Part shown: positions 1-14,000 of the stretch, piece after piece
Layout: every line of letters starts with the position of its first letter
Position numbering within the stretch: position 1 is the stretch's first letter
From: Mytilus californianus
Taxonomy: Eukaryota
Length of the DNA stretch: 64,000 bases
Assembly: GCF_021869535.1 (NCBI RefSeq)
Contig: NW_026262679.1
Coordinates: 27,962,001-28,026,000 of the forward strand
Direction of reading: 5' to 3'
Position numbers and translations under genes: made by a program
Notes under the pieces: generated by a model
What the model was told of the DNA's origin: nothing
Seen by the model: the letters and a program-made list of their open reading frames with translations, nothing else
Database searches by the model: none

Positions 1-503
1 TTGACTTATTTTTAGAACTTACTTTGCTGTACATTATTGCTGTTTACAGTATATCTCTATCTATAATAATATTGAAGATAATAACCAAAAACTGCAAAAT
101 TTTCTTAAAATCACCAATTCAGGGGCAGCAACCCAACAACGGGTTGTCTGGTTTGTCTGAAAATTTCTGGACAGATAGATCTTGACCTGATGAACAATTT
201 TACTCATGTCAGATTTGCTCTAAATGCTTTGGTTTTAGAGATATTAGCCAAAATCTACATTTTACCCCCTATGTTCTATTTTTAGCCATGGCGGCCATCT
301 TGGTTGGCGGGGCGGGTCGTTTGACACATTTTTTGAAACTAGATACCCCAATGATGATTGTGGCCAAGTTTGGTTAACTTTGGCTCAGTAGTTTCAGAGG
401 AGAAGATTTTTGTAAAAGTTAACGACGGACGACAGACGACGGACGACGGACGCCAAGTGATGAGAAAAGCTCACTTGGCCCTTTGGGCCAGGTGAGCTAA
501 AAA
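1..503. mobile_element. End of a Helentron/HINE-like non-autonomous element (truncated by the window start)
   Basis: (GAC/GACG)n microsatellite at 421-452, then a hairpin agctcac-ttggccc-ttt-gggccag-gtgagct at 468-498, ending in an A run. This microsatellite plus terminal hairpin layout is typical of bivalve HINE elements. Family assignment is inference. Confidence 0.5.
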
Positions 504-2055
504 GGTGAAAATGAATATTATAATGGATTTAGTTTATGTGAACTAGTTTGGCGTCCACAGGGTCGTATAACCGTTGCCTGTGAACTACCAGTACACTAGA
601 GTATTGGCATGACTAACATACCTTTGGTCAATAAATTTACATTCATCAATATATGAAAATTTGGGTTGGGTAATTGCTGTCAGTTTTTGTTAACAAATCT
701 CAAATTTGAGAAACATCTTTTTGTGTTAGGACTTTATCTTTTAGCGAAATTTGAAATATAGGATTATTATGATACTTTGGCTGAATTAATTCCAGGTGAC
801 AATTTTTTTGGTGAAATTGGCAAAATAAAGTTATGTAAAAACTGATTTTTTTTTGTGAAACACCTTTCTGTGCGAGGATTGCAATGGAAATTGATAAGCA
901 GGTATAATATTCTTTTCCAAATTTATTCAAAGTGTGACCGATGACGTGTAGAACATTTATCTTAATCACAAATTTTGTTAGGATTTGAATAAAAATTGGT
1001 AATGTGTATACATACATGTAACATGTAACATGCTATGTCAAATTTATTCCGTATTTCAAAATTTATCCGTCGACCTCCATTTGTTAAATGGCTGCCATAA
1101 TACATAAAAAAAAATCATGGTTAGGGGCATTGCATTTGCGCAAATATTTACTAAATCCAATCGTTTATTTGCTCTACAAGGTTGTATATCATTTGCGCCA
1201 AAATATAAAAATTACATTTACGCCATATCACATGTAACACATAACGGAAAAGTTTAAACATTCATTGATATATCGTGAATAAGATTTTTATAAAGTATCC
1301 CCCTCTGGGTAACTAAGTGAGTACATTTTGTACATACTCATTTCTAATATAAAACTGAGAGTCACTTAAGTTTAAAATTGTATAGTGTTCACATTTTTGA
1401 GGTGTAAATTCTGAGAGACAAACAGGCCGATAGTTTTCTCAATTGAATTGTTTCATATTTTTCATGTCGGGCCCGATTATAGCCGACTACACATTATGGG
1501 TTTTCCTCATTTTTGAAGGCCTTACTGTTGCCTTTAATAGTTTTCGTCCTTTTCATTTGAACTTTGGTGGATATTTGTCATACCGCATCTTCTTTCTTTT
1601 TAATAGAGGAAATAAGTGTATTTTTTTATGACCACACATGTAGGTTATCAAATGTTCATTAGTACATCCGTTGCTTACAAATCTTGAGTCAGAACAAACT
1701 TTTGGTTTTACTTCAATGTATAGTGCTTTAATTCTTTTAGGTTTTATGATCACGTTAATTTATAACAGAAGTTTTGTGTTTTTTTTATAATGAAACGTCT
1801 CTTTTTAAAAAGTGCTTTTATTACGGTTATGATGACTGGTTTCTGATGAACGTTTATTATGCAATAAAAAAATGTGTTTTAAAATTTCTCTTATGAATAA
1901 AACTATTTTTTATAATTTTTACCTGCATTTACCTATATTATTGGCGCAAATGAAATGTATTATTTTGGCGCAAATGAAATATGTTTCGTTGCGCAAATGA
2001 AATGCCAATTGGCGGAAAAGCAAAGCACCGACGGTTAGCTTATATGGACTTGTTA

Positions 2056-2285
2056 TTAGTCCCCTACCGACGAAGTCGAAGGGGACTTTAGGTTTGCACT
2101 CTGTCTGTCTGTCTGTCTGTCTGTCTTTCTGTCCGTCCGTCCGTCCGTCTGTCCGACTGTCTGTCTGTCTGTCTGTCAGTCCGGCAAATCAGTTTTCCAG
2201 ACTTTTTTCTTCGTGCTTGAAGATATTGATTTGATATTTGGTTTATTGATTTATCATGACAAGTTACAGGTCAAGTTCAATTTTC
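2056..2285 (+). mobile_element. HINE-like element end with (TCTG/TCCG)n microsatellite
   Basis: Hairpin gtcccct...aggggac at about 2060-2088 followed by a (TCTG)n/(TCCG)n run at about 2100-2183. Confidence 0.4.
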
Positions 2286-2926
2286 AAGATTTTAGCTTTT
2301 CTCTTTGTTCAGATTAAGCCCTTTCCCTAGAATTAAATTTTTTACTCATAACATATCCTTAAATGTTTCCCTTGTGTCAAAATAAATAAAGATCGTAAAC
2401 GTATACAATTTTTTAATTAATCATTTGTTTCTGCGCATCACACAATTATGTGTAAGCGTGACCCTTCCTGAAATTGTTAGTTAAATTATTTGTGATTTCA
2501 TTCAATACTTCTGCAGGTAGGGGACACTGAAATTCACATACAATACCATTATAATGCTTGCTACGAATAACACACATGAAGAAAAACGATGTTTTTTTTT
2601 AATTCAATAATCCATACTCATACTTGATACAACTAAAAGAAGAGGAAACTAGCTTTAATTGCTGTTCTTAATTTCAAAGTCACAATGATGCCTTCAACAT
2701 ATATAGCAAAATATTATATATTAATGCAGGATCAGGCGGAGCTGCAGTTTGATCGGACTTCTTTACGAGAAGTTGTTACTGCTATACATACGTTTATGAT
2801 TGTTCATCAGTTTTGCAATAAACATCTCATTCTAATGAGTTTTCTTTAGATGCATTCTGGCAGTGAAAAAAAATCTGGTTTCTCGAAATTTTGTATTTGA
2901 AAAATTAGTTGTTTTATACTTTTCAG

Positions 2927-3340
2927 ATGTGAAGACAACGATCTTTAGATTAATGCAGAAGTTAAGCATTGATTTAGTTGATGTACCTGAACACATTATT
3001 GATGTACTGAAACGCAAAAACATCTCCATACAAATTTTGTCCCAGGATTTCATTTGTCAGAGCATGAAGTCAAATTCAGCTTACAAATCGTTCACAAGTG
3101 AGGAAAAACTGGACATTTTAAGTTTTCTAGTATCCGATGGCGGCTTCTCCGGATTACATGGTTTAGAGTTACTCCCCCTGAACAATGGTTGCTTCTGTTC
3201 ATTTAATCATAGAAACCAGAACAATCAGGTGTTTGTCTGTAAAGAAGAAGTATATTTATTTCCTGGACAAGAGGAGAAGTTTATTAGACAAGGACTGAAT
3301 GACGAAGTTTACAACAAACTCTTCACAGCGGCGAGCAAGG
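2927..3340 (+). CDS. SACS: Sacsin-like protein, internal exon
   Basis: Acceptor ttttcAG at 2925-2926 and donor GTAATT at 3341. The phase-1 end joins in frame to the phase-1 acceptor at 11081 (G|GA = Gly). The peptide contains the sacsin-like segment LLSFLxSD...LHGLELLPLNNGCF. Confidence 0.8.
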
Positions 3341-4109
3341 GTAATTATAGATACATGTACTAATAAAAAAAAAGAAAGCATAGTATATCTACTGGACTCA
3401 GACTACAAATCAAGGCGCAGGAGCTCAGTACTTTCTATTCCACAATTCCGTTAACTGATTTAACTATTGGGCCAAATTTAATCAAACTTGGCAAGAATCA
3501 TCATTGGGTATCCAGTTTAAAAAGATGTGTCCACTATATAAAGAGAACATCTTACAGGGGTCAAAATGTTAGATCTACCTTCTGTCTTTTTGCATTAAAA
3601 ACCGTCAGATGTCTTCTTATAGGAGTTATTGCCCTTTATTGATGAATTTTACTATTTTTTTTCATTTTTGCCTATTTTCGTGAAAATCAAAATAGATAGA
3701 GACAAATTATTATATATAAAAAAAAAATGATCAGCTACAAATAAGTTAACATGGCCGAAACTTCATATATCAAAAATGATCTACAGGGCAAGATCTACAA
3801 ATAAGTTGATATTGCTGAAATCGTTGGTCATCTCTTGAAAGGAGTTAGTGCCTTAAATCACTTTTTTTTTAACATTTTTTGCATATTACCTTGAGATGGA
3901 AATCTTAATAGGAAAATGACCAGCAAGACAAGATCTACAAATAATTCGTCATGGCCGAATTCGTTAGTCGACTCCTTATAGGAGTAATTGCCCATAAATG
4001 TCAATTTTTACTAATTTGTTACCTTATTGTCTATTATTTTACTATAATAATAAATTTCACTATAATAGATAAATAGAAAGTTTAAAAAGCAAACATGTTC
4101 AAAAAGAAA

Positions 4110-5135
4110 AAATCTTTAAATAATTCATCTTATGGTGTTGATATATCTCAACTTGTTCGATTCGCTCGTGTGTGTAACAACGTATTTGATTGTAACGAAA
4201 GAAATCTCTGTATAACTGAAAAAATTATTACACCAGGTTTTTCGATATCACAAACTAGTAAAACATTTACTGAATTTTATCATCGGTACAAGGACATCAT
4301 TCGTAAATATAAATCAACATGCATACATCTTATACATTCAGGTATTTCACATCAAATCTGTTATGGTAATATTCTATACAAAGCACAAAAATGTCGGCAT
4401 TCACCTCTAAAGCTAACAAAACCTTTAAACAGAAATATTCATAAGTGATATAGTTACGATACTGTTGTCAGGTCATTAAAGATGGTATATTTTTGGTATT
4501 AATATTTATTCTAAAACCAGTTGTTGGCATGATACGGGTTATGTTCTTCACATATTTTTTATGATGGTATGATACTAAACCCCTCATGGAGGGATTGTGC
4601 TTGGTTTTCATATGATGAAGACATAATCTTTCAATCAGTTTAATTGAGGTCTGGAGCTGCCATGTCAGTAACTGCTAGTAGTCCTTTGGTAATTTATGTA
4701 TCTTTTTCATTTTGCTTAGTTTCTTTTGTTACCTATTCTGACATCGGACTCGGACTTCTTTTAAACTGAGTTTTACTGTGCGTATTGCTGTGTGCTTGTT
4801 TATTCTACATTGCCTAGATGTATAGGGGGATGATTGAGATCTCGCACAACATGCCCAACCCCGCTGCATTTTTACGCCTGTACAAAGTCAGGAGCCTTTG
4901 GCCTTTGTTAGTCTTGTGTGTTTTTTTTTTAATTTTAGTTCATTTATATGTTTTGGAGTTTAGTGTGACGTCCGTTTTCACTGAACTAGTACACATTTTT
5001 GTTTAGAGGCCAGCTGAAGTCCGCCTCCGGTTGCGGGATTTTCTCGCTGTGTAGAAGACCCATTGGTGGACTTTTCTGCTCTCTGGTCGGTTTGTTGTCT
5101 CTTTGACACATTCCTTATTTCCATTCTCAATTTTA
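4110..5135 (+). mobile_element. 5'-truncated retroelement: degenerate Penelope-like RT C-terminal fragment plus 3' UTR
   Basis: The peptide SYGVDISQLVRFARVCNNVFDCNERNLCITEK...FTEFYHRYKDIIRKY resembles the post-RT region of Penelope-like elements; it has an apparent frameshift near 4240 and a stop at 4446. The downstream 4780-5135 segment recurs at 48743-49110 and 57081-57378 with the same 3' end. Confidence 0.6.
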
Positions 5136-5425
5136 CAGTATATATGCAATTGGCAAACACTATAGATGATAGAGAAAAACTGTAAAGAAAATAACATTAT
5201 AAGCAATACAAGATAATCAAAAAAGAGATTTTGGTCATCATTTATAATATAGACTGGAGAGTGTCCATAGTTGAATATACACATAGACCAAGGTAAGCGA
5301 CAGACGCTCTTTACAGTCTCTAGATTATGTGCTTGACGTCCAATGGTACAATGGTACAATGCATATCTTATAACTACATTGTAAATAAGAAGACATGTGA
5401 CGAAAGTTGCGTAAGGCGAGACATG

Positions 5426-8355
5426 GGGTCGACTTCGATTTAATTAACTCAGGTTACTCGTTTAAATCGAACTGGTAGAGTTTAAATCGAACCGGTAGAG
5501 TTTCTCTAAAACGTTATCAATTTAACCTTTTGACCCGAGTCGAGTTCTACCTACCTCGTTGGCAGGTTTAGTCGAGTAGAGTTAAAAAAACAAAATGGAA
5601 GAACAAGTGAAGTAAGTAAAAACTTCAATTTCAAATTTTATCTACTTGCATCTTACACTGGGCAACACATTGCAAAAGTAACAACTTTATAAAACCAAAT
5701 TATGAAAAAAGCAGCTCAGTTATTGATTTAATACAAAATGAAAATGTTTTCATCATTTGGTACGATTTGATAAAGCAGTGGCTATTTTGCCGGCGCCGGC
5801 AAACTAGAAAATATGCTATTTTGCCGGCTCTGATTAAAATACCTTGATAAAAGCTTGCAAAATAGCATATTAATATAGCAGTGGCTATTTTGAAGAGGGA
5901 ATTTTAATATTTTTCGGCAGTACCATTAAAAAATACAGGCGCCGGCAAAATAGAAAAGTAAGCCTTTTTGTCAGCTCTGATTAAAATACCTTAATTAAAT
6001 CCGACAAAAAGGCATATTCTATAGCAATGTCCATTTTGCCGGCGCTGTCAATATCGTGAATTTGTTATTTTGCTGCTTTCTTTTTAAAGAGGTAATTTTA
6101 ATATTTACTTTTGAAAAGTACTATGAAAATGTACATTATCAACACAGACAAATCATATCATTACCGGAGTACAATCGCCACGCGGAACATGTCTGCTGTG
6201 AATGCAATTTAACAGAATTGATATCAGGTCAGCTTTGTTTCTTTAGATATTCAATATAATGTTATTGTCGTCTAATATTTCTTCCATGTAATGCTTCATT
6301 TTGAAGGGTTTGAAGAGTTTACTCGACTTGTAACAGGTCGGGAACTCTATATTTCCTGACGTCAGAATATATTTGCATAGTAATTTCTCAAATAGAAGGT
6401 AAACATGGCCTTAAAAAAACTGACCAATCGACTCATTGAACTACAATGCATTGTGGGCTACTACGAGTTTACTACCACTTAAAACACGTGGAGTAAGTGG
6501 GAACACTGTCAACTAATATAGTGTCTGGGACTCTCATAATAATTGTTTTTGTTCAGCGAATGTGTTTAATGTAAAATATATAACATAATATTTTATGTTC
6601 ATGCTCAGATTAAAAAAATATTGTTTACTGGGTTCACGATTCGACTTTCTTTTTCGCCTTGTAAAAGTAATTGAACAGGTTTTGGCCATTGTTATGCATT
6701 GTACCTGTGCATTAATTTCACAGGAAACAGTGAAATTTCCAATGAAGTGACCACTGTCCAGTATAAAAATAATTTGAGCTCTTTTAAACTTTAACTCCTT
6801 ACTTAGAAGAATAGAATACATGTATATGAAGCAACCGAGACAAATACAGGAATTTAAATCAGAAAAGGACCTGTTTCGAGTAGAATTAAGAAAAACAAAA
6901 TACCTGTATCCAATAAATGAGAGAAATATATAATAATAGGTTTAGATAAAACGCTGCAATTTTCACAAAACATATCAAAGTTCACGTCTTGTCACACATA
7001 AACATGGATAGCATAATAAATGATTTTATTAAGATTGACAAATATCCGAGTCCGTTAAAAATATCAAAGATTCAAATATCTACATTAGAAGAAAACAAGG
7101 TTTGCAAAGACGAAAACAAAACAAAACTACAGCTGCTTGCAATGATTGAGAAAAATCTTGCTTCATTACCTTCAGAACAAAGGGAACAGTTTGAAATAGC
7201 AAAAAGTCCAAAAAAACTGAAATATGCCAAAAAATCAATACTTATAGAATTTGTTAACATTGTCAGACAAGAATTAAGAAATGTCTTAAGCAATTTTGAT
7301 GAAATTTGATAGATGATATAGGTTTAATACATGTTCTGTACCTGTCAAATTCTAAATATAAAAATAATACACAGTATTTCTATAGTAAATATCTCTTTTC
7401 AAGATAATAGTAACCAATCTTTCTAAAAGGTGTTTGTATATAAAAATAAGGAGAGGTGGTATGATTGCCAATGAGACAACTATCCACCGAAGTTCAAATG
7501 AGCAATTATAGGCAACCGTAAGGCCTTCAACAATGAGAAAAACCCATACCGTATAGTCGGCTATAAATGGCCCCGATTAATGATTCCACGTGTTTGTTTC
7601 TTAAAGACAAATTAATAAAGGCACACCCTTCCTCGATTTATATGACTTTTTAATCATAAAAGAAGGTACAATATCATAACACCAATTTTGTGAAAAGCTG
7701 GGAAATTTTAGTGACCCTAACACATATTTGACACACTCTAAGTCTTCTTCTATTTTACGAACCCAAAATTCAAGGATCCCTTATTTTTTTAAATATCTGA
7801 ATGAAAGTTTATCTTATGGGTAATTGTGTTTTTCGCTGTTGTTTTGTTGCTGTCTTGTGGACGAATATCTGAAATCTTCTTGTAATCATCAATCATATTA
7901 ATGGCTATATGTCGGGTAATTCAAACACTGGTTTCTTCGCATAGAAATAACTCTTCGTTAATCTGAGCATGGAACGAATACTTTGTATCACAGACTATAA
8001 ATGTGGACACAAAAAATGAAAAACTAAGCGAAATTGTTAATCCCGCAATGCATGAAAAAATGTGTTGTATTTCAGTAAATAACACGTATTCCCGGTTGAT
8101 CGTAAACACGTAGTAGTCCATCATGCATTGTTACTCATTTATTGGATTGGTCAAAAACCCAGGAAACACAAAATTGCGTCGTAAATAAACAAATACATGT
8201 GAGAGGACATTGGTATGCTAATTTTCGCATATCCATATAAGGTAGTGTTCCCGACCTGTGTAAGTTAATGTTCGATTTAACTGTCTATTGCACTTGCGCA
8301 GTTACGTAAAAAGTTTTACCCGAGCAACCCGAGTTAATCAAATCGAAGTCGACCC
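5426..8355. mobile_element. 2.9-kb segment bounded by 35-bp inverted repeats (possible non-autonomous DNA transposon)
   Basis: gggtcgacttcgatttaattaactcaggttactcg (5426-5460) is the reverse complement of 8321-8355 at 32/35 positions. The motif ttaaatcgaac is subterminal at both ends. No TSD is visible. Confidence 0.5.
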
Positions 8356-8677
8356 GAGTGTTGCTTTCCGGCGGCGACGGCGTCAACAATTGTTAAGTTT
8401 TCAGCTATATACAAAGGATATTATATATCCGAGCAAAGAACAAAACAAGTTAATGTGTTTGAAATTTTTAAAAAGGAATTTTCTTCAGCAAATGTGAAAA
8501 CTTCCATAATTTGGTTGCAGAAAAACTTAATTTATCTTCTTAAACTAAAATTTATAATATATCATAATATTATTAATTCGTATATTTTAACTAATTTGAT
8601 TCGTTCAGGGATAGTCACATGTTAAACTATATTTTCTAAGGTAGAGAGAAAACGGCGGCTAGCTAAAAGCATATTGC

Positions 8678-8710
<33 letters not shown>

Positions 8711-9078
8711 TTCAGCTAAAGTCAGTTGATATATTTTCTAGAAAGCATAACTATCAGTATCTAGCAGTTTAATGACTATTTTGAGGCCCTGCCTCCTAGG
8801 TTATGGTCTTATGACTGAATTATATGTTATTAGCAATTTTCAATGTTAAGTTTTTCTGCTAAATTCAGTTTGAGAGGAACTACTTGTGATAGATCAATGA
8901 AATCTTCCATAAAGTTGCATTACTATCAGTAAATATCAGTTAAATAACTATTTGGAGGTCCTAGTTCATGGTCCAGACTTATCTCTGTGTCAACAGTTTA
9001 TTATTATAATTTTAACTGACTTATTAAAATGACCAGTATGACTATACTTAAGCAATTCGTATAGTTTGTTAATCCAAC

Positions 9079-10316
9079 TTTTTATACGACCCCAACAATT
9101 TTTGTGCGTTCGTATAATGATATGATGTCGTCGTCGTCGTCGTCGTCGTCCGAAGACAAATTTGGTTTCCGGACATTAACTTTAGTTTAAGTGAATGGAT
9201 CTCTATGAATTTTACCAGAAGGTTCAATACCACAAAAGGATTGGGATTGATTTTTTGGGTTAAGTTACCAACAGTTTAGGAATTAGGGCCAAAAAGGGGC
9301 CAAAAACAAGCATGTTTGTACTTTCCGGACAATAACTTGTGTGTAAGTGTATGGATCTCTCTGAAATTGTACCACAAGGTTCCATATCACAAAGGGAAGG
9401 CTGGGATTGAGTTTTGGGGGTAATTACTCCAAGGGGTTGGGTGGGGTTCAAAAAGTTTTGGGGTGTTCATATTTTTGTTCTTCAAAATTTTTGAAATTTC
9501 AAATTTTTTGAAAAGTTTCAAGAAGAAATCTTCAATTGCACAGTATTGCGTAATAGCACAGTATTGCACAACAGCACAGTATTGCGCAATAGCAAGAACT
9601 TTTCAATTGCACAGTATTGCGCAATAGCACAGTATTGCGCAATAGCACAGTTTTGCGCAATATCAAGAAATCTTCAAGTGCACAGTATTATGCAATAGCA
9701 CAGTATTGTGCAATAGCAAGAAATCTTCAATTGAAAATAAATACAAATCTTTTAACCAATTTCAATGGGATTAATTTAAAGTCTTTAATTTTTGGGGGTT
9801 CTAACCTTGTATAACTATTTTGGATATTGGGCACCATTTTTAAATTGGTCTATATTGAGTTCAAAAGGGTCCAAAATTAAACTTTGTTTGATTTCTTCAA
9901 AAACTGGATTATTGCGGCTGTATGATATGCTGAATCTTATTGTGCATTTAGATTTTTTATTTTGGGCCCTGTTTTCAAATTAGTCCATATTAAGGTTTGA
10001 AGGGTCCAAAATTAAATATTGTTTGATTTCAACTAAAATTAATTTTTTGGTTTTTTTTATATGCTGAATCTAACCATGTTGTTAGATTTTGGATATCAGA
10101 CCATTCTAGGTAAATTAAATGTCCCATTTCAAATTTTTAAGATCTTTGACCACATTTATTTTGTGTCAGAAACCTATATTATCATGATTATGTAAAAAAT
10201 TTGATCTCAATTCAAATTCAGACAATATCAAGCTTGGATATTGTGTCCAAACTTGCCCCAACTGTTCAGGGTTCGACCTCAGCGGTCGTATCAGGCTGCG
10301 CGCAGCGAAGCATTTT
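9079..10316 (+). mobile_element. Helentron-associated HINE-like element with internal 18-bp tandem repeats
   Basis: 5' tatacgacc with an inverted ggtcgtat at 10284-10291; (GTC)n at about 9127-9150; terminal palindrome gctgcgcgcagc at 10295-10306; T-rich flanks; internal gcacagtattgcgcaata repeats at 9538-9720. Confidence 0.6.
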
Positions 10317-11080
10317 ATTACTATTCAGTATGGAATATCCTAGGAATTGTTATAAAATATTGTCTGAATGTGTTTTTCGTCACCTTATTCGTATTTTTGT
10401 CAATTCCACCATTCACCGTGTACACACGTGACGATGAGCTAACAAAATAGCCAAGCAACGACACATCATAACGTACCTCAAACGAAAGATTGGAAAAATT
10501 CAAACAATGATGCATTACAACGTTATCAAATAATATAAACCGACAAAAAAACCGAAATCGAACAGATTGACTATATATTTCATCGGCAGTTTAGCAGTGA
10601 TTAGTTGTAACATGTAACCGCTTTTTTCAAATCTGCCAGATACTTTTAATTACGAATGGCATATGTTTAGATCGACAACGTGTGCAACTTCTTGTTTTTT
10701 TTTTCAGAAATGTATCACTCTTATACATTGTAGCCGATGAAATAAAAAAATTATACTTACAAAAACGCATCTTTTTAAGTCACTGAAAATTCGAGAAAAG
10801 ACTGTCTCAAACAACCTCCAATTTTTGAATTATTCAACTGTGTCACTTTCAGAAGTTTGATCCCTCCACTTTTCAGCCCACAGTCTACTTCTACTCAACT
10901 GAATACTGTGCAGACTATTCGACTGTACAACAACAATTCTACGCAGTTGTATAAAATAAGACAATGAGACATTGGTACTCTGGACTTGGGTTAACATATC
11001 ACATAATAACAAATGTCTTATCTGTATTATACCATAAATTAAGCTAATTATTTATTTATTATATGTATTGTTTATTGCAG

Positions 11081-14000
11081 GAAACTTTCAGCTAGCAATT
11101 CTTCATGAACAAAGTGATGTTGCCAACCTAATACAAGCGACTATAGCCAAGTACATAGGACCAATAACCAAGAAATGTATTCAATGGTCTCAATCAAATC
11201 CAGTAGGAATGGACTGGCTGAAGAAAGTTTGGTCTTACATTCAGCAATATGATCTGAATTTCTTTAGTCATCTGAATTTGATACCACATACCAAGACAAA
11301 CGGACTATACAAAATATCTACCGTATTTCTTCTGAAATCAAATGGATCGTTCGATATTCCTTCGGATGTATGTTGCTGTTTGGGATACTTAGATATTGTT
11401 GTTCTTGATTTTATACCTTCTGAAATTGAAAATCACATAAGCATTCGCAATTTTATTTATTTGCCGACAGTGGAAAATGTCTTCCAGATGTTAACAAAAG
11501 TGCAAGCGAATGGTAATGTTTACCAATTCATTCAAAAGTTCAATGAAGCAGTCACAAACTCTCAAAGATCGCAGTTTGTAACATATATTTCACGATATTC
11601 TAACATGAACAGACATTTAATTAGTCTTCTTTCTTCTTTGGCACTGTTTGTTGAGAAGACATCACGACGATTTGTGTCGTTGAATCAAGTCAGATCTATT
11701 GCTGACACTGACGGTCTTCCCTTGAGGTACTTTCGGGAAACCTTAGATTGTTCTGACACAAAATACAGATCGCTAGCACAATTGCTGAATGCTACATTCA
11801 TCGACAGAGAGGATGTTATTATTGACATTTTGCAAAATCTGAGTAGCCAATATTCTGAGAGTGATACGAACAAAATGATGGCATATGTCCTGAAAAATAT
11901 TTCATATTACCGAAAGAGCGAACAATTGTTAAGTCTTGCTAAAGGCATCCCGTTTGTATACAGCAATGATGGACAGAGAAAACGAGTAGCAGAATTGTTT
12001 GATCCAGAAGATCCTATTTTACCACTGATAATTTTGGATGGGAACAGATTTCCGAAGAAACAAAGTTTGATTGTTGAACTAAAAATACTGAGAAAACTAG
12101 GTTTAAAGACGGTTAATGATGTTACTCCACAAGATGTACTGTGTTGTGCACAACACATTCATAGTAACTCACACAAAAACACAGAGAAAGAACGCTCAGA
12201 AAAATTGTTCGAATTTTTACAGAGATTTAGTGGACTGCTGAATAATAACATATCTGGATATAAGCTATCGCATCATCTTTCAAACCTACGTTTTGTCGAG
12301 CCTAGCCAGCGGAGAAGAGAATTCCCCTTGTCTCTGCCATGGTATACAGAAACGTCAGAGAGTACTTTTTGTCGACCTTGCGATTTTCTTGACGCAAAAC
12401 ATACAAAATTAGTAGGAAGTGTTAGGCCAGTTTTGAATCGTGACTTTTCAACTAATTTGGCCTTATGTTTTGGTTGGACAGTAGAACCCACTGTGTCCAA
12501 TGTAGTAAACCAGCTACTTATTATTACTGAGAAATATAAGGACCAGAACAAACCTGAACTGTTACCTATCATTAATGACATCTACAGATTTTTGGCATCA
12601 CACTATGATGGAAGTAATATCTTTCAGAATTTATGCACCCAAAAATGGATTTGGATAGGCAATGGGTTTAAAGCACACAACCGTGTTTATTTGAAAACTA
12701 AACCATCTGATATCAACCTCACTCCGTATTTGTACCCCCTGCCTGTTGAATTAAAAGATTCAATTTTGTTACAGTTCTTCAGGAAAATGAATTGTATTGA
12801 AGAGCAAGACACCATATTATTGATCAGAGTTCAATCAATGATCCGGGACAATTACAAGAGCAACACTAAAACAATTGAGAGGGTAAAAACAGATCTTCAG
12901 CTCGTTGTAAACATTTTGAACATTGTTAAAGATGCTCCGAACGATCAGGTCGATGGTGTATTGTTTCCGATCCATCAACAAGATAAATTGAAGGTTGTAT
13001 TGAAACCTCCTAACGAATGCAATTATTCTAAAGATGATGATGACATATTTGGAGATGAAAAACACTTTGTGCATCAAGATGTACCAGTTGACACTGCTGA
13101 AAAATTGGGTGTTCAATCGGTGACGGACACATTGCTGGAAGATGCGGAACTTCTTGAAGAATGGGGACAAAGTGAACCTCTGACTAGAAGAATAAAAAAT
13201 CTACTCGAAGCGTACAAAGATGGACTTTCAGTACCAAAAGAAATTATTCAAAATGCTGACGATGCTGGAGCTACAAAGGTTTGCTTTATGTACGACCAAA
13301 GGGATCGTGAAAAATACGGGAAGATGTTACTCGACAAAAATATGTTTGAATGTCAGGGACCAGCACTTTGGGCGTACAACAACGCAACATTTTCAGATGA
13401 AGACTTAAAGAGTATAACGAAAGTAAGTGGTGCAACCAAAGAAACAGACACAACTAAAATCGGAAAATTTGGTCTTGGATTTTGCTCAGTCTACAACCTG
13501 ACAGAAGTTCCAAGTTTTGTAACAGGGGACCAAATGGTGATATTTGATCCTCACTATGATTATCTTGGAGATGCACTCAAACGTAAAAAACAACCCGGTT
13601 TGAAAATTGATTTGCGGAAAAATAGAAAAATATTAGAAAGAAAAAGATCGCAGTTCGAGCCATATAATGGCGTTTTTGGATGTAATCTTAATGTTCAGCA
13701 AGATAATGTATGTTATAATGGAACTTTGTTTCGGTTGCCACTAAGAACTAGACAGCAAGCATCATCAAGCGAAATAAGTGACAAACCATACAACAATCAG
13801 CAGATGATAAGTCTGATGAGAATATTTGCCGAGGCCGGAGGAAATCTCTTGTTATTCACACAAAATGTTGCCACCGTCGAGTTTTATCATCTACCGGAAA
13901 ATGAAACGGATCCTCAAAATGCTTCTCTTCTATATAGTCTACAAAGACAGACTTTGCAGTTAATTGAAAGACCCATGTATATGGCCTCTGCAGAAAGCAG

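Noticed and set aside
2460-2520. Possible additional upstream sacsin exon ending at ctgcag|GTAGGG
   Set aside because: The required phase-1 frame hits a stop about 60 bp upstream, with no good acceptor or sacsin-like peptide.
11068-11080. TTG start of the 3705-aa ORF (likewise the 2863 start and the 22185 stop)
   Set aside because: These positions lie in introns; splice sites with matching phases define the real exon limits.
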